From assembly GCA_017654855.1 (NCBI GenBank), contig CM030338.1, positions 2,976,001 to 3,040,000 on the forward strand: DNA of 64,000 nucleotides. The letters run 5' to 3'. The stretch is from Podospora anserina. Taxonomy: Eukaryota. Every line of letters starts with the position of its first letter. The stretch's first letter is position 1. Shown in pieces: positions 39,246 to 51,359 of the stretch. The translations under genes and the position numbers were made by a program. Below the pieces are notes generated by a model. It had not been told where the DNA came from. It saw only the letters and a program-made list of their open reading frames with translations, and did no database searches.

Positions 39246-40345
39246 ATGATTGTCTACTCTGTACGTTGTCCCCCAACCATCTCATCTCACACCATCGCAC
39301 AATTTTCCCCGGCGCAAAAATTCAACCCCGTTGTGCCTCTACAGCTGTGGGCGCATGGTGCCAGACCACACCACTTTATCTACCTGGAACATCAAACATC
39401 ACCAGATAGATAGCTAACACCGATAACCCCCAAACAGGATGTGATCAAGACCTCCGGCGCCGACGAGCCCCTCGCCTTCGCCCCCAACGACGAGATTATC
39501 TCCGACGGTTACACCCTCATCCCCTGCAACGCCGACGAGATCGATGCCCTCGCCAAGAAGCCCGCCAAGACTGTCGGCGACGTCCTCGGTGTCGACGATG
39601 AGTGGGAGCGCCAGCCCGCCGACGTCAAGGCCAAGAAGGAGGCCGAGTCCATCCTCTACTTTGTCAGAGGCGAGCGCGTGACCGAGGCTGCCGCCAACGT
39701 CGGTATGTACCACCATTACCTCGCAATATCGTTCACCAACAAATACTGACCCTCTCCCCGCAGACACCGGTGCCAACGCCTCCGCCGAGGGTGGTGACGA
39801 CGAGGGTGCCGAGGACACCGCCAAGGAGGTCATCAACGTCGTCTCCTCCGGCCTCCTCGAGTCCACCTCTTTCGACAAGAAGTCCTACATGGCCTACCTC
39901 AAGGGTGCGTTTCCCCTTCCCCCCATCCCTTTCTCCCCTCAAAACTAACTGTCCCCGCAGGCTACCTCAAGTCCACCAAGCAGTACATCCCCTGGGCCCA
40001 AAAGAACCGCGAGGAGAACGACTGGCAGTGGAAGGCCCTCTCCGCCGAGGAGCAGGAGGCCGAGAAGAAGAAGGTCGAGCAGCAGATCGCCATCTTCGAG
40101 CCCAAGGCCATGGCCTTCGCCAAGTGGATCCAGGCCAACTTCAAGGACCTCGACTTTTACACCGGTGCCTCCATGAACCCCGATGGAATGTATGTTTACT
40201 CTCCCCTTCTTCTAACCCAACCTCTCCCCCGAAAGTGCAGGGCTGATGTCAAAACAACAGGGTCATCCTCTCCAACTACATGGAGGACGGTGTCTCCCCT
40301 TACTTCCTCTTCTGGAAGGCTGGCCTCAAGGGCCAAAAGTGCTAA
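39246..40345 (+). CDS. TMA19: Translationally controlled tumour protein (TCTP/Tma19) homologue, divergent and enlarged (244 aa); exons 39246-39260, 39438-39702, 39764-39904, 39961-40189, 40261-40345
   Basis: MIVYSDVI..., NDEIISDGY, NVDTGANASAE, FDKKSYMAYLKGYLK, FKDLDFYTGASMNPDGMV, YMEDGVSPYFLFWKAGL are TCTP signature motifs. Confidence 0.9.
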
Positions 40346-40622
40346 ATGTTTTGACCAAAACATTTAGTATATAAAAATAAAAAAAGGGGAAAGGTGTGAG
40401 GCCGGTTTGTAGGCACATATGGCAAAAACCCAGATCTTCTTCACACAAAAAGGCAACAGGCAACATTTAGGTGTTCGCATCTTAGATAGACTTGAGTGCT
40501 GTGATGAAAATCTGGAATTGTCGGGGTGTCTTCTACCAAAAATTAAGTTCTTGTACTATGCTAATGCGTGTGATTATGATGCGGTTATCCTCCAATATCC
40601 ATGCACTTATTAAATGCTCCCA

Positions 40623-41965
40623 TCAGAAAGGTCTTGTCCCCAACGGAATAGGTGGTGGCGCATCACCGTCCTCCCCCGTATTATTCCTCCCCACCAAAAA
40701 CTGCGGCTTCTTGGCCGGGGGAGGAGGCGGAGGGGGCTTCTTCTTGGCTGCTATCGCGGCCGAGAACATCGAGGTTGCTGCTCCCGAAACACCAGCCTTT
40801 TGTTCCGGCGCTGTGGCAGCACTATTATAACGCTCGAGACCACCCCTCACAGCCGACGACGCCGCGTTTTGGACGGCAGCCTTTTGCTCCGGTGTGGCGG
40901 ACTGGTATCTGTTGTAGCCCGTCTTGGCAGCGGATTGGAGGGCAGCTTTTTGCTCCGGGGCGGAGTTGTTGTAGCGGTTGAGGCCTGCTTTTGCCAAAGA
41001 GGTGTGGGGGGAGGATGATTGCGTGGTGCTGTCTTGGGGTTGTTGGGTAAGGGAGTTTGCGGCAGCGTTTCGGAGGGAGGCTTTTTGCTCGGGAGCGGAG
41101 GATCGGTAGTGGTTGAGGCCAGCTTTTGCTAGACCGGTGTAGGGTGATGATGATGATGGGGAGGATGTCCGTGGCGGTTGTGGGGGAGGTGGTGGGTGGG
41201 AAGCGGTACCGATGCCAAGACCGGTGACATTCACACCCGCGGCGGCTAACCTCCCCATTGCTCCTTGATTCGGTTTTGGGACCGTCGGGTCGTTGTTGAT
41301 GCTCGCGGCAGAAATCGACTTTGTCAGATTATTCAGCGCGTTCGTTCCCCCTGCTGGTGACCGGGGCGGGAGACGGGGCGGTAATGCTGGTGGTGGTGCT
41401 CGCGGGTTTTGTCCTACTCCCGGGGAGGAACGAGCTGGTGGCGGCGGCGGTCCTCCCAACCCCCCGGTGCTAGAAGTGGAAGACGGCCGCGACGGCACAT
41501 CCCTTCTTGCCGGTGGGGGCGGGAGGTTAGCGGTCGACAAACCAGTAGCATTCAACGACCATGGCTTCGGTGGCTTCGGCCGTTCCCGTTCCTCCTCCTC
41601 TCCAGCTGCCTGTTGCTGTTCCTGCAACGATATCGAGCCGGTGTTTGTTCTTTTCGGGGGAGGGGCAAAGCTGGCAGGGTCTTTGAGAGACGAGAGCGGG
41701 CGGGGGGTGTGGTGCTCGTATTTGTTTTTCTGACCAGCAAGCTCAAGTTAATGGGGAGTGTCGAAAAAGGGGGGTATGATGGAGACACACATCATCGCCG
41801 CGACCGACTAGAGATTTCTAGAAATCAAGAAAGATTAGCTGTCATCCGCCCAAAAGAAAAGCATATCCTACGTAAAGGAAATCGACGTACCACTGAGCCC
41901 TTGATCGAGGTCCCGGATTTCTCGGGGTGCCAGCCGTTTTTGAGCAAGTCTTTGTAGTCTGGCAT
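40623..41965 (-). CDS. Proline-rich protein with internal repeats, possibly an Aim3-like or actin-patch SH3 ligand; exons 41965-41891, 41817-41791, 41729-40623 (402 aa)
   Basis: Spliced MPDYKDLLKNGWHPEKSG...-KSLVGRGDD-...PRPLSSLKDPASFAPPPKR; many PxxP tracts; C-terminal KKKPPPPPPPAKKP...PPPIPLGTRP. Function is inferred. Confidence 0.75.
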
Positions 41966-42242
41966 GTTGAAGATTGTATGCTTGCTGACCCGAAAGTTAA
42001 CTTGTTGCGGATATCTCGAGAAACTAAAAGTGAAAAAGCCGAACAAGAATTAAGACAAATAGAGGGTGATGTCCAAAAGGCGGGCGGACTTCCCAAAAGT
42101 GGAATGAATTCCAGGGTCCGGTCCCACTCACATGCTGTCAAATAGTCAAATGCTTGGCACGGTGACGTAATCACACTTTTCACAACCACCAATCTCAAGT
42201 AGTACGTTCAATCTCAAAACATAATATCACAGTCTCTACAGT

Positions 42243-44248
42243 CTACACCTCTCCTGCATCTACAGAGCCCCCCCCACCCGGCCCCCACTCCCCTACACTC
42301 CCCTTCGCAATCTCCAAAGCATCATTCAACACATCCTCCCAGCTAATCCTCGTCGACGACCTCTTCACCCCCTCCTCCTCCCCCTCCTCCCACGCCTCCC
42401 CAGTACTAACATCATAAACAACCGTACTAGCCCTACTATCCATCCTCACCTTCTTCCTAACCTCATCCCCCCCTCCCTTCACCTTCCCCGGCGGCGCGGG
42501 CAAAGCAGTCTTCAAAACAACCTCACTCCTCTTCCTCATCATCATCCCCAGACCCTCCACAAACGACCCCCCAGACCCCAAAGAACAAATGCTCTCCCTG
42601 AACCTATGCGCCCTCTTCCACATCTCCCTCTCCACCCTCGCCTCCTCCCTCTGCATCCTCCAAGCATAGCTCGCCGACTCCCCCTGCACCTGCCTCACCT
42701 TGTCAGCCTCCAACTTCTCAAACAAGTCCCACTCGTCCATCTGGCTCGGCCTCGGCACCTTCAACACCTCCCTCATCGCCCTCTGCCCATTCGCCACCCT
42801 CTCCAACCCCAGCTCAAGCTTGTACTCCCCCGTCCCCAAGTCCAGTTTATGTCTATAACTCGCCAGCTTCCAAATCCCATCAAACCGCACCCCCACCCCC
42901 GGCGCGATCCCGCTCCGGAGCAAATACCCCCTCAAAACCCTCACCTCCTTCCCCACCAGCGTAATCAGCTTGACATGCATCTCCTTCAACCCCCCCGTCC
43001 TCACATACTTGCTTCTATTCCCATGCCCCCCAATATCTTCTTCTCGTCCACTCAACAGCGGCAGCGTGTAAACGTTATACCTCCCCTGGCTGACTCTCTC
43101 CTCCTCCGTCCCCACCATCCCGTCCCTCCTCGCGCAGGCCATGCTCAACCACCAATCCCCCGCCTGGAACGAGTCATCCCCCTCCAGCTGCCCCTCCCCT
43201 CCCGTAGTTTTTTGTTTCTTGTCATCATCATACTTGTCAACCTCCAACCTCGGCCGCCACTTCTCCTGCTCCTGCCGCGGCATCACCGGGGACGGGCTGT
43301 TTTCCCCAGAAGGACAGGGGTTGTCATCAGACCAGCAAACACCCTGCAACCCACCCTTTGTGAGGAGCTGCCTGGTTCGGGATTCGTCAATCCGAAAGTA
43401 CCTCTCCTTGAACCTCCGCCTCCAGGCCCGCTGGAGCGAGTCGGCCAGGTCGATGCATTGAGACAGCGGCCAGTTGGGAGTGGTGGTCGGGGGGAGGGAT
43501 TTGCCAGTGAGCAAAATTTCTGACAAAAGTTTGTCCAAGTGGGCATGCTGTATGGTGTTGAACTCGATTCGGTGGTCGTGCGAGGGGTGGTGGGGGGGTG
43601 TGGTTTCTGCCGTGAGGGCCCATTCGAGAAAGGAGATGAGCTGCTGGGTGGGTTCGGAGGGGTCGGGGAAGAGGAGGGAGTCGGGGAGGGAGGAGCGGAT
43701 TGTGTCCGAGAGGGTCAGGAGTTCGGAGGGGGAGAAGGGGTCTGTTGTTGAGCCTGGTAGCGGGGGTTAGTATACATTGTGGTAGGTAGGAGGGGAAAAG
43801 AGGGAAATATACTGGAGCGGGTGTCAACACCACTACTTTGACCACCCTGTTTGTCAGACTTGGAAGTGTGTCTTGACTGCTGCAGGGAGAAACTCCCGTC
43901 TTCTTGTGCTACACGGCGTCTGTCGTGAGACGGGGGAGCGAGCTTGCCGTCATCATCATCGTCGGCGGCTGCTGCGCTCCTGAGAGGGTCGTTCCGCCGG
44001 AAGCTTCCTGTTCTGATAGCCAGTCCCGGCCTGCTGCTGTTGTTGACCGTGGTGTCGCTCGTGCTGGTGATACTGAGGCGCCTCCGCTGCGAGTCGGCCC
44101 ATGTATCCTCGGCTTGGGAGAAGGAGATGGAGGAATGTCGGTGGTGGGGGTGGAAGACTTCGTGGATTCTTTGGAGGACGGCCTTGGGGCCGTTGGGTTC
44201 TGGGGTGCCGCCGCCGCGGTGGCGGGAGAAGCGGAAGATGGAGGACAT
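42243..44248 (-). CDS. SRA/YDG-like (PUA-fold) domain protein; exons 44248-43813, 43753-42243 (648 aa)
   Basis: FQAGDWWLSMACARRDGMVG...KEVRVLRGYLLRSGIAPGVGVRFDGIWKL...YKLELGLERV matches the SRA pattern (VRVxRG...APxxGxRYDGLY). Intron GTATAT...CTAAC...CAG restores the frame. Confidence 0.75.
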
Positions 44249-44737
44249 GCTGCTGCTGCTGAAGGAAAGATCTATGTAAGATACATGATACTATGGTCCA
44301 TCTCGAGGGATTGAAGGAGGAAAGGATAACGAGAGGAAAAAGGAGGTATATTGATTATTGAAGCTGTTTGTTCCCATGTCGGGACATCGAGCGAAAAAAA
44401 AAACCACATGACATCAACCAAGGCTGGTCCAGCGGCTGGTGGGAGGAGGTCCATCTCGACTACCTGAGTGAAAGTAAAAGAGTGAGGTATGACCGGCTTG
44501 TTTATCCCGTCTCGGCCCCGAGCCCGATACCAGCGTACTGGGTGGGAAAAGGGAAGGAACAAAGACCAGGGCCCATATTCCCATATTCCCACGTGGTTTG
44601 GCCGTAATCGTGAGACTTGTGAAGGAAGGTGCCGTGGAGGCATATTCAAGTCTGAGTGAAACAAGGTGAGAGTGTTATGTGGCGCCTTTGATCGAGACGG
44701 ATCAAGCCGGGCTCGCCGGACTGATAGGTATATGTAA

Positions 44738-46723
44738 TCACTGACGCAACGCGGCCAAAGTCTCGAGTACATCCGAGAGGGCCTCCACCAGCCCCTCATC
44801 CCTCTTCACCTTGTCCCGCAGCTGGTTCGCAATGCCAATAATCGCAGTGGTAGAATGAGTGTACCTCCTGCGAAGACCCGGATGGGCATTCACTAACAGC
44901 GCCGTGGCAATCTGCAGCACGGCCACCTGGAACTCCTCCATCATCGGCGGCTGCTTCTCATCCGGAACCACCCACGCTGCCGTCTTAGTGACCAAGTCCA
45001 TCCAGTCCTCCCGAGTGCCCGGTTGTTCCGCCTCGGCAATCTGAAGTAAGTTCCTCACAATCTCCACCCCTCGTGCGGCCTCGTTTTCATCACTTGTCGT
45101 TGAACTGGCTTGAAGGATGTTGCCGAGATCGTTGACCAGCGCTTGCCACCCTCCATTTTCCAAAAAGGCTTCCCTGCCTTTTCTTTCTTCCAGGATGCCC
45201 TCGAATGCCACGAGGACTGGTCTTCTAAAGTCTAGACCTTTCTCAGGGCTGCTGCTGGTTTGAAAGAGCTCGACAAACATGTCGCTTAACCCGGCTGCTT
45301 CTTTTCTTAGCTGTTCGCCGTCGTCTTCTCTCAGCCAAATTGCCAGTGTTCTGATGGCTGCAAGTATCAATGGGTCTTGGCTGGAGTGTACACTCTTGGA
45401 GTCCCACGCCAGAGCAAAATGCGAAATGCCGCTTTCGTTGGCAGCCCCGGTTCGTGCTTCGGGATGCAAGCCCATGGCACCAGCTATCGAGGCGTCCCAG
45501 CGGTCACGAAGGTATTCGGCCGTGAGTGACATGGTTTCTGAGATGGATGTGCGAAGCTTGAGCAGCAAGTCAGGCTTCATGATCCACTGATTGTTGCTGC
45601 TTTCACCGCTGTCTAACGCCTCCAGTGTTCGGAGGAGATAGCCCATAAAGTTGGAGACAACATTATAGGCAGAGGTGAGCCGCTGAGCTGTTATGCTGTA
45701 GGATGGGCTGTTTAGCTGCCCTAAAAGAGTCGGTATCGTCGAGCGAATGTCGATAAGAAGTAGGTTGACTAGTAGAAACGCAAATGGACTTTCGCTTGTA
45801 GCTGTTGATTTGCTGTCGACATCGTCGGCAAAGAGAAGTTGAGGCGATTGTACTGGGTAAGACTCGAGGAGAGCGGCGGAGAGGTTGGCAAAAGCTGCGC
45901 GGCCGTCGGCAGTAGGACGACTGATGACAAGGTCTCTCACGAACTTGGCCAGTGGTGTAAGCCATTTCGGGTTGGGTGGGAGCAGCTCTGGGTCGAGTCT
46001 TGGAAGAAAATTTCCCAAAAACTTCAACAAAGTGACGCCATCAGTGCCTTTGAAAGAAATGACCAGTGATCCGATGGCCTGGTCAATCTTGGCGCGCAGA
46101 GCCTTCTTGTCTGCTGTTGTAGCCATGGCACCTAGCCATGCGTAATACAAAGTGTCCAGGACGAGAGGCTGAGAAGGTGCAATCTCAGTCAAAGTCGACA
46201 AGTCGTCTATAGAGTCAAAGACCTCAGCACCCTCAGGCTGGTTTACTAGGCTCACAAGAGTCTCAAGGACCAGTTTAGTAGTTTCATCAGAACTAGGCAC
46301 TGTTAGCAAAGGAATGGGATATCAAGAAAAGAGAGCTCCTGACCAGTACAAAAGACAAGCCACCAACTGAGGTATCCTGTTTACCAACTTGCTCTCCTGT
46401 TTTGACTTCTCTGGTAATAGCATAGTGAAGGTGTGGAGGACAGCAACAGCAAGATCCAACATATCATTGGTGCCTTTTGCTTGCTGTTTCGACCCAGTCC
46501 GAATCAGACGATCCAGAAACTTTCGGGGAATACTGTTCCACAAGCTGGCGATTCCATCTTCGTTTGCCCTTAGTTCTGGTGTATTATCAAGGACAGACTT
46601 GAGCAGTGCCAGCCCAACGAATCGAGATGTGTCGTCCTTTGCGCTGAGTAGGGTCTGGATTTTTTGTAGCGAGGCAGCTGGATCCTGCTGTTCCTCAGCT
46701 GTTAATGGCATCGTTTCACTCAT
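44738..46723 (-). CDS. Neurochondrin-like (DUF1941) ARM-repeat protein; one intron at about 46343-46293
   Basis: N-terminal LLSAKDDTSRFVGLALLKSVLDN recalled as typical of fungal neurochondrin family; EYLRDRWDA and RTLAIWLREDD motifs. Confidence 0.75.
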
Positions 46724-47154
46724 CTTGTCTGCCACTGTTGAAAATTATAAAACCAGTCGAGAAAGACATTATGATCCAAGTTCTTCTCGATGAAGTCAAC
46801 TCGACAAGCAATGCCCAGGTCAGGGTGTGATCTAGAGTGGAGGAGAGCAGAGGTACGTACCGATTTAAGGTTGCCAAGAGTGCACAGACCTTGGCCGCAA
46901 CAACGTGCGCAATCGATAAGATACTGATAGCTGTCGTTCCTGTCCACCATCTTCTTCACCAGCCATCCCAGTTGACATCGACGACGAACAACGGTGCCCC
47001 GCCGCGCATACCCAGCGCAGCAACTTACATAAGATCAGGGGACGCGCATCCAAAGACCAAGTCCCATCAGCCAACGCGATTCACCCCCCAGAACCTCCCA
47101 ATCGCAAAACCAGCCCTCGTCCGCCGCAATCAAGAATGGCATATGCAGCCCACC

Positions 47155-47317
47155 ATGTCCCCGATTAACAACGGATCCTCGAGTTCCGAACCCTTCCCCC
47201 CCTTCAACAACGACCACCACTATACCACCTCCGACGCCGACGAACTAGACCTCCTCGACGACACTGACACAGCCGCCATCCTCGACAACGACCCCCTCTC
47301 CCACCACTACCACCACC

Positions 47318-47352
<35 letters not shown>

Positions 47353-49922
47353 CCCCTCTCCTTCAAGCGCAAGCAGAAACAAACGGGCATCTTCTCTCAA
47401 CCAGCCAGGTTATTCAACGCCCTCATCGGCCGAGCAAACCCCCCAAGAAACAGCGCCGACATCCCCCACCACCACCACCACCAATACAACCCCCCACCGG
47501 CGCAACAAGACTAGACTACATCCCCGGAAATGGAGGCTCCAAATCAGACTCATTACCCACAGATTGGCTCGCCGAAGGGCCTGGAAGGAGAGTAGGATAC
47601 GAAGACCTGACAGCCATCGATTGGATTTTCGAGTACACCAAAGAACGCCAGCGACAGAGATCACTACTCTCACGGACGACCTCTCTTGGGTTTCCTTTAT
47701 TGGGGTTCTTACAACGGGTGTTGGATGCCTCACAAGTATGGGTTATTCTCATATTATCTGGCTTGGCGGTGGGGACTTTGACGGCGTGGATAGACGTCAC
47801 GACGGATTGGCTGGGGGATATCAAGTATGGGTTTTGTTCGACGACGGATGGGGGGGCGTTTTACCTGAGTAAAACTGCTTGTTGTTATGGGTATGATGAG
47901 ATTAGTAAATGTCAGGGGTGGAAGACGTGGGGGAATGCGCTGGGGGTGACGTCAAGGGGGGGTGTTTGGTTTGTGGAGTATGCGGTTTACTTGGTGTTGG
48001 CGGTGATGTTTGCGCTGTCGGCGAGTTTGTTGGTGAAGGAGTATGCTGTTTATGCTAAGCATTCTGGTATTCCTGAGATCAAGACGGTGCTGGGTGGGTT
48101 TATCATCAGGAGGTTTTTGGGGTTGTGGACGTTGATTACGAAGAGTTTGGGGTTGGTGTTAGCGGTGGCTTCGGGGATGTGGTTGGGGAAGGAGGGGCCG
48201 CTGGTGCATGTTGCTTGTTGCTGTGCGAACTTGTTTATCAAGTTGTTTCCGAGTATTAATAACAATGAGGGTATGTATGTTGGTCCGGGTTGTTGTTCGG
48301 TTGGGGGAAAGCTAACTTGGGACATAGCTCGAAAACGAGAGGTCTTGTCCGCTGCTGCGGCTTCGGGGATATCGGTTGCTTTTGGGTCGCCCATCGGGGG
48401 TGTGCTCTTCAGTCTTGAGCAACTGTCGTACTATTTCCCCGACAAGACCATGTGGCAGAGCTTTGTGTGTGCCATGACAGCTGCCATGGTGTTGGAAGCT
48501 TTTGACCCGTTTCGATCGGGGAAGCTGGTCATGTACCAGGTAACCTACAGCTCGGTGTGGCACGGCTTTGAGCTTGTCCCGTTCGTCCTCCTCGGTCTTC
48601 TCGGGGGTGTGTATGGAGGGCTGTTCATCAAAGCAAACATGTGGGTTGCAAGATGGAGAAAGTCGGCAACCTGGCTTCCTGGCCCGGTCATCCAAGTAGT
48701 TGCCGTGGCGATTTTGACGGCCCTTCTCAACTACCCCAACAACTACATGCGAGCCCAGTGCTCCGATCTTGTCTCCAACCTCTTCTCCGAGTGCTCAAAG
48801 CTCACAGACGACCAATTCGGCCTCTGCAAAACAGGCGCCGCCTCAGCAGGCACAATCATCCTCCTCATCTTCGCCGCGGTCCTGGGCTTCTTCCTCGCGG
48901 CCATCACTTTTGGTCTTCAAATCCCCGCCGGTATCATCCTCCCCTCCATGGCCATCGGCGCCCTCATCGGCCGCGCAATAGGCATCATCATGGAAATCTG
49001 GCAACACAACCACCCCAACTTTATCGCCTTCCGCTCCTGCGAACCGGACGTGCCGTGCATAACCCCCGGCACCTACGCCATCATCGGTGCTGCCGCCGCC
49101 CTGGGCGGTGTCACTCGGATGACTGTGTCAATAGTAGTCATCATGTTTGAGCTCACCGGCGCCCTGACATATGTCCTCCCCATCATGGTCGCGGTGATGA
49201 TCTCAAAATGGGTAGGCGACGCGTTTTCCCGGAGGGGGATTTATGAATCCTGGATTCACTTCAACGAGTACCCCTACCTCGACAACAGCGAGGAGATACC
49301 GATTCCTGACATCCCGGCAAGCCAAATCATGACTCGGATTGAGGATTTGGTTGTTCTGACTGCTACGGGGCATACGATTGCTAGCTTGACGGCGGTGATG
49401 GAGCAGCATCCGTATCGTGGCTTTCCGGTTGTGTCGGACCCGAGGGATGCGATTTTGCTGGGGTATATTTCCAGGGCGGAGCTGGCGTATATTTTGCATG
49501 CGTCGACGCAGCCACCGAGGTTGTTACCCCCCGAGACGGAGGCGTTTTTTGCGCATCAGCCGTTGGCTGATCCGAGGACTACGTTGGATTTGAGGCAGTG
49601 GATGGATCAGACGCCGCTTACGCTGCCTAGGGGGAGTAGGTTGCATTTGGCGGTGTCGTACTTTCAGAAGTTGGGGTTGAGGTATGTGATGTTTGTGGAT
49701 AGGGGGGTGTTGCAGGGGTTGTTGACTAAGAAGGATGTTTGGTATGTGCTTAATGGGGCGGAGGAGACGAGGAGGACGGCGGGGAGGGGGGAACCGATGG
49801 GTGGCGGGGTGGCGAGGGAGGGGGACGATGGGGAGAGGGAGGGGTTGTTGGGGGTTGGGAGGGGGGAGGAGGAGGTTGAGGTGGTTAGTCCGATTGGGGA
49901 TGGGGGGAGTAATCTTTTGTGA
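47155..49922 (+). CDS. CLC voltage-gated chloride channel/antiporter with CBS domains; apparent frameshift between about 47430 and 47512; intron 48271-48327
   Basis: CLC motifs GYEDLTAIDWIFE, HSGIPEIK, GKEGPLVH, FGSPIGGVLFSLE, PAGIILPS, GGVTRMTVSIVVIMFELTG; CBS pair at the C-terminus. The N-terminal portion is in a different frame. Confidence 0.9.
47317..47352 (+). repeat. (CAA)12 trinucleotide repeat encoding polyQ in the CLC N-terminus
   Basis: Directly visible. Confidence 0.85.
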
Positions 49923-50347
49923 TGGGGGAATGTGTAATGATATATGATAGATAGCGGGTGTTTTTGGGTATTTGAGGTTACAAAAGATGGTTTTAACGGT
50001 TATGTTGGTTTTTTTTTTTCGGAACATTGGTTGTTGGTTGACTCTCGAATGGTATGCTCGTGTTGGAGAAAAGACTGGTGGTTGGGTTACTCCTTTTCTT
50101 CCCCCTCCCCCTTTTAAGAAGAGATGAATGAGAAGTGTACAACCCTAACCCTTTTCCCTCCCAGTCACACCTTTCTCAAGTGAATGAAGCTTTGAAGACA
50201 CTCGAAAAATAGCGGGGCATATTTGTTCACTCCCTCACTTTGGATAACCCCTCCACCTGTCACTCTGGACCTCTTACTCCCCATCTTGCCTGGTTTTCTC
50301 TTTCCTCGACAGAGTCACTAGTAGAACAAGTAAAGACAGGTTTCAAC

Positions 50348-50955
50348 ATGGGCAAAAAAGACAACAAATCCGGCGGAGGAGGAGGCAGCAAAGACGCCGG
50401 GAAGGGTGGGAAAGGTGGGAAGGGAAAGGGAGGTGGCGGTGATGACAGTGGAGGGAAGCAGCAAAAGGGCGCCCAGAGCATCAACGTTAGACATATTCTT
50501 GTAAGTTTCATTTTTTTTCCTATTTCGGTCTTTACTGGTGGTGGTGCTATCTACCAACACACCTACCTACCAAACATTACTGCCTGTTGGACCACCAGAA
50601 ACTAGACATATCATAACTCAAGAAGCTGACAGAATAACCAGTGCAACAAAATGGGCGAGGCAGAAAAAGCCATCGAGCGGCTCCAGAACGGTGAGAGCTT
50701 CAACACTGTCGCGATGGAGATGTCGCAGGATAAGGCCAGGTCCGGTATGTTCTCACTTTTGAGGTGCCCAGCCAGTATGATAACTAATCAAGCTATACAG
50801 GAGGATCACTAGGCTGGAAAACAAAGGGGTCATTGCTGCCCGAGTTTGAAAAGGTGGCTTACGAACTACCCACCAGCACGACCAACAAGCCAAGCTGGGG
50901 GATGGCCAAGACGTCCGAGGGATATCATGTCATCATGGTCGAGGGACGCAAGTAG
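50348..50955 (+). CDS. PIN4: Parvulin-type peptidyl-prolyl isomerase Par14/PIN4; exons 50348-50500, 50642-50744, 50801-50955 (136 aa)
   Basis: Basic Gly/Lys-rich N-terminus; INVRHIL|CNK; SQDKARS|GGSLGWKTKGSL; GYHVIMVEGRK. Confidence 0.93.
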
Positions 50956-51359
50956 TTTTTAACATCAACCAATCACATAGTCAGGAGTGGAACAAACAAA
51001 AGTTAGTTGACCGTCCCAGATCAAAAGGCTTTTGAATTTTTTGACTGTCTTGATTTTTGTCTCGTCCTCATTCTGAGGGGAGAAGAAAAGGAGGTAGCTT
51101 GCCCGAATTCCCCCAATTTGTCGTGTCCATCCGTTTGTAACCATAAATGCGCCCAGAGATTTGTTGCCCTTGCTCCCATCCACGGTCGTGGCTGTGAAAG
51201 AGGTGTTCCGAGTCTAATGCCGAATTCGTTTTGATACGCCGAAAAAACCCGTCCCAGGTGTGAAAACCCCCTTTCTCTCTTCCAGTTCAATCGTTACAGT
51301 GAAGAACGACTAAAAGCTACCTCCCCCCACTCCCCTAAGCGGCGGTGGTGTCAAGAAAT

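Noticed and set aside
50240-50347. TTG-started in-frame extension of PIN4 resembling human Par17
   Set aside because: Poor start context, acidic residues, not presequence-like, and probably upstream of the TSS.
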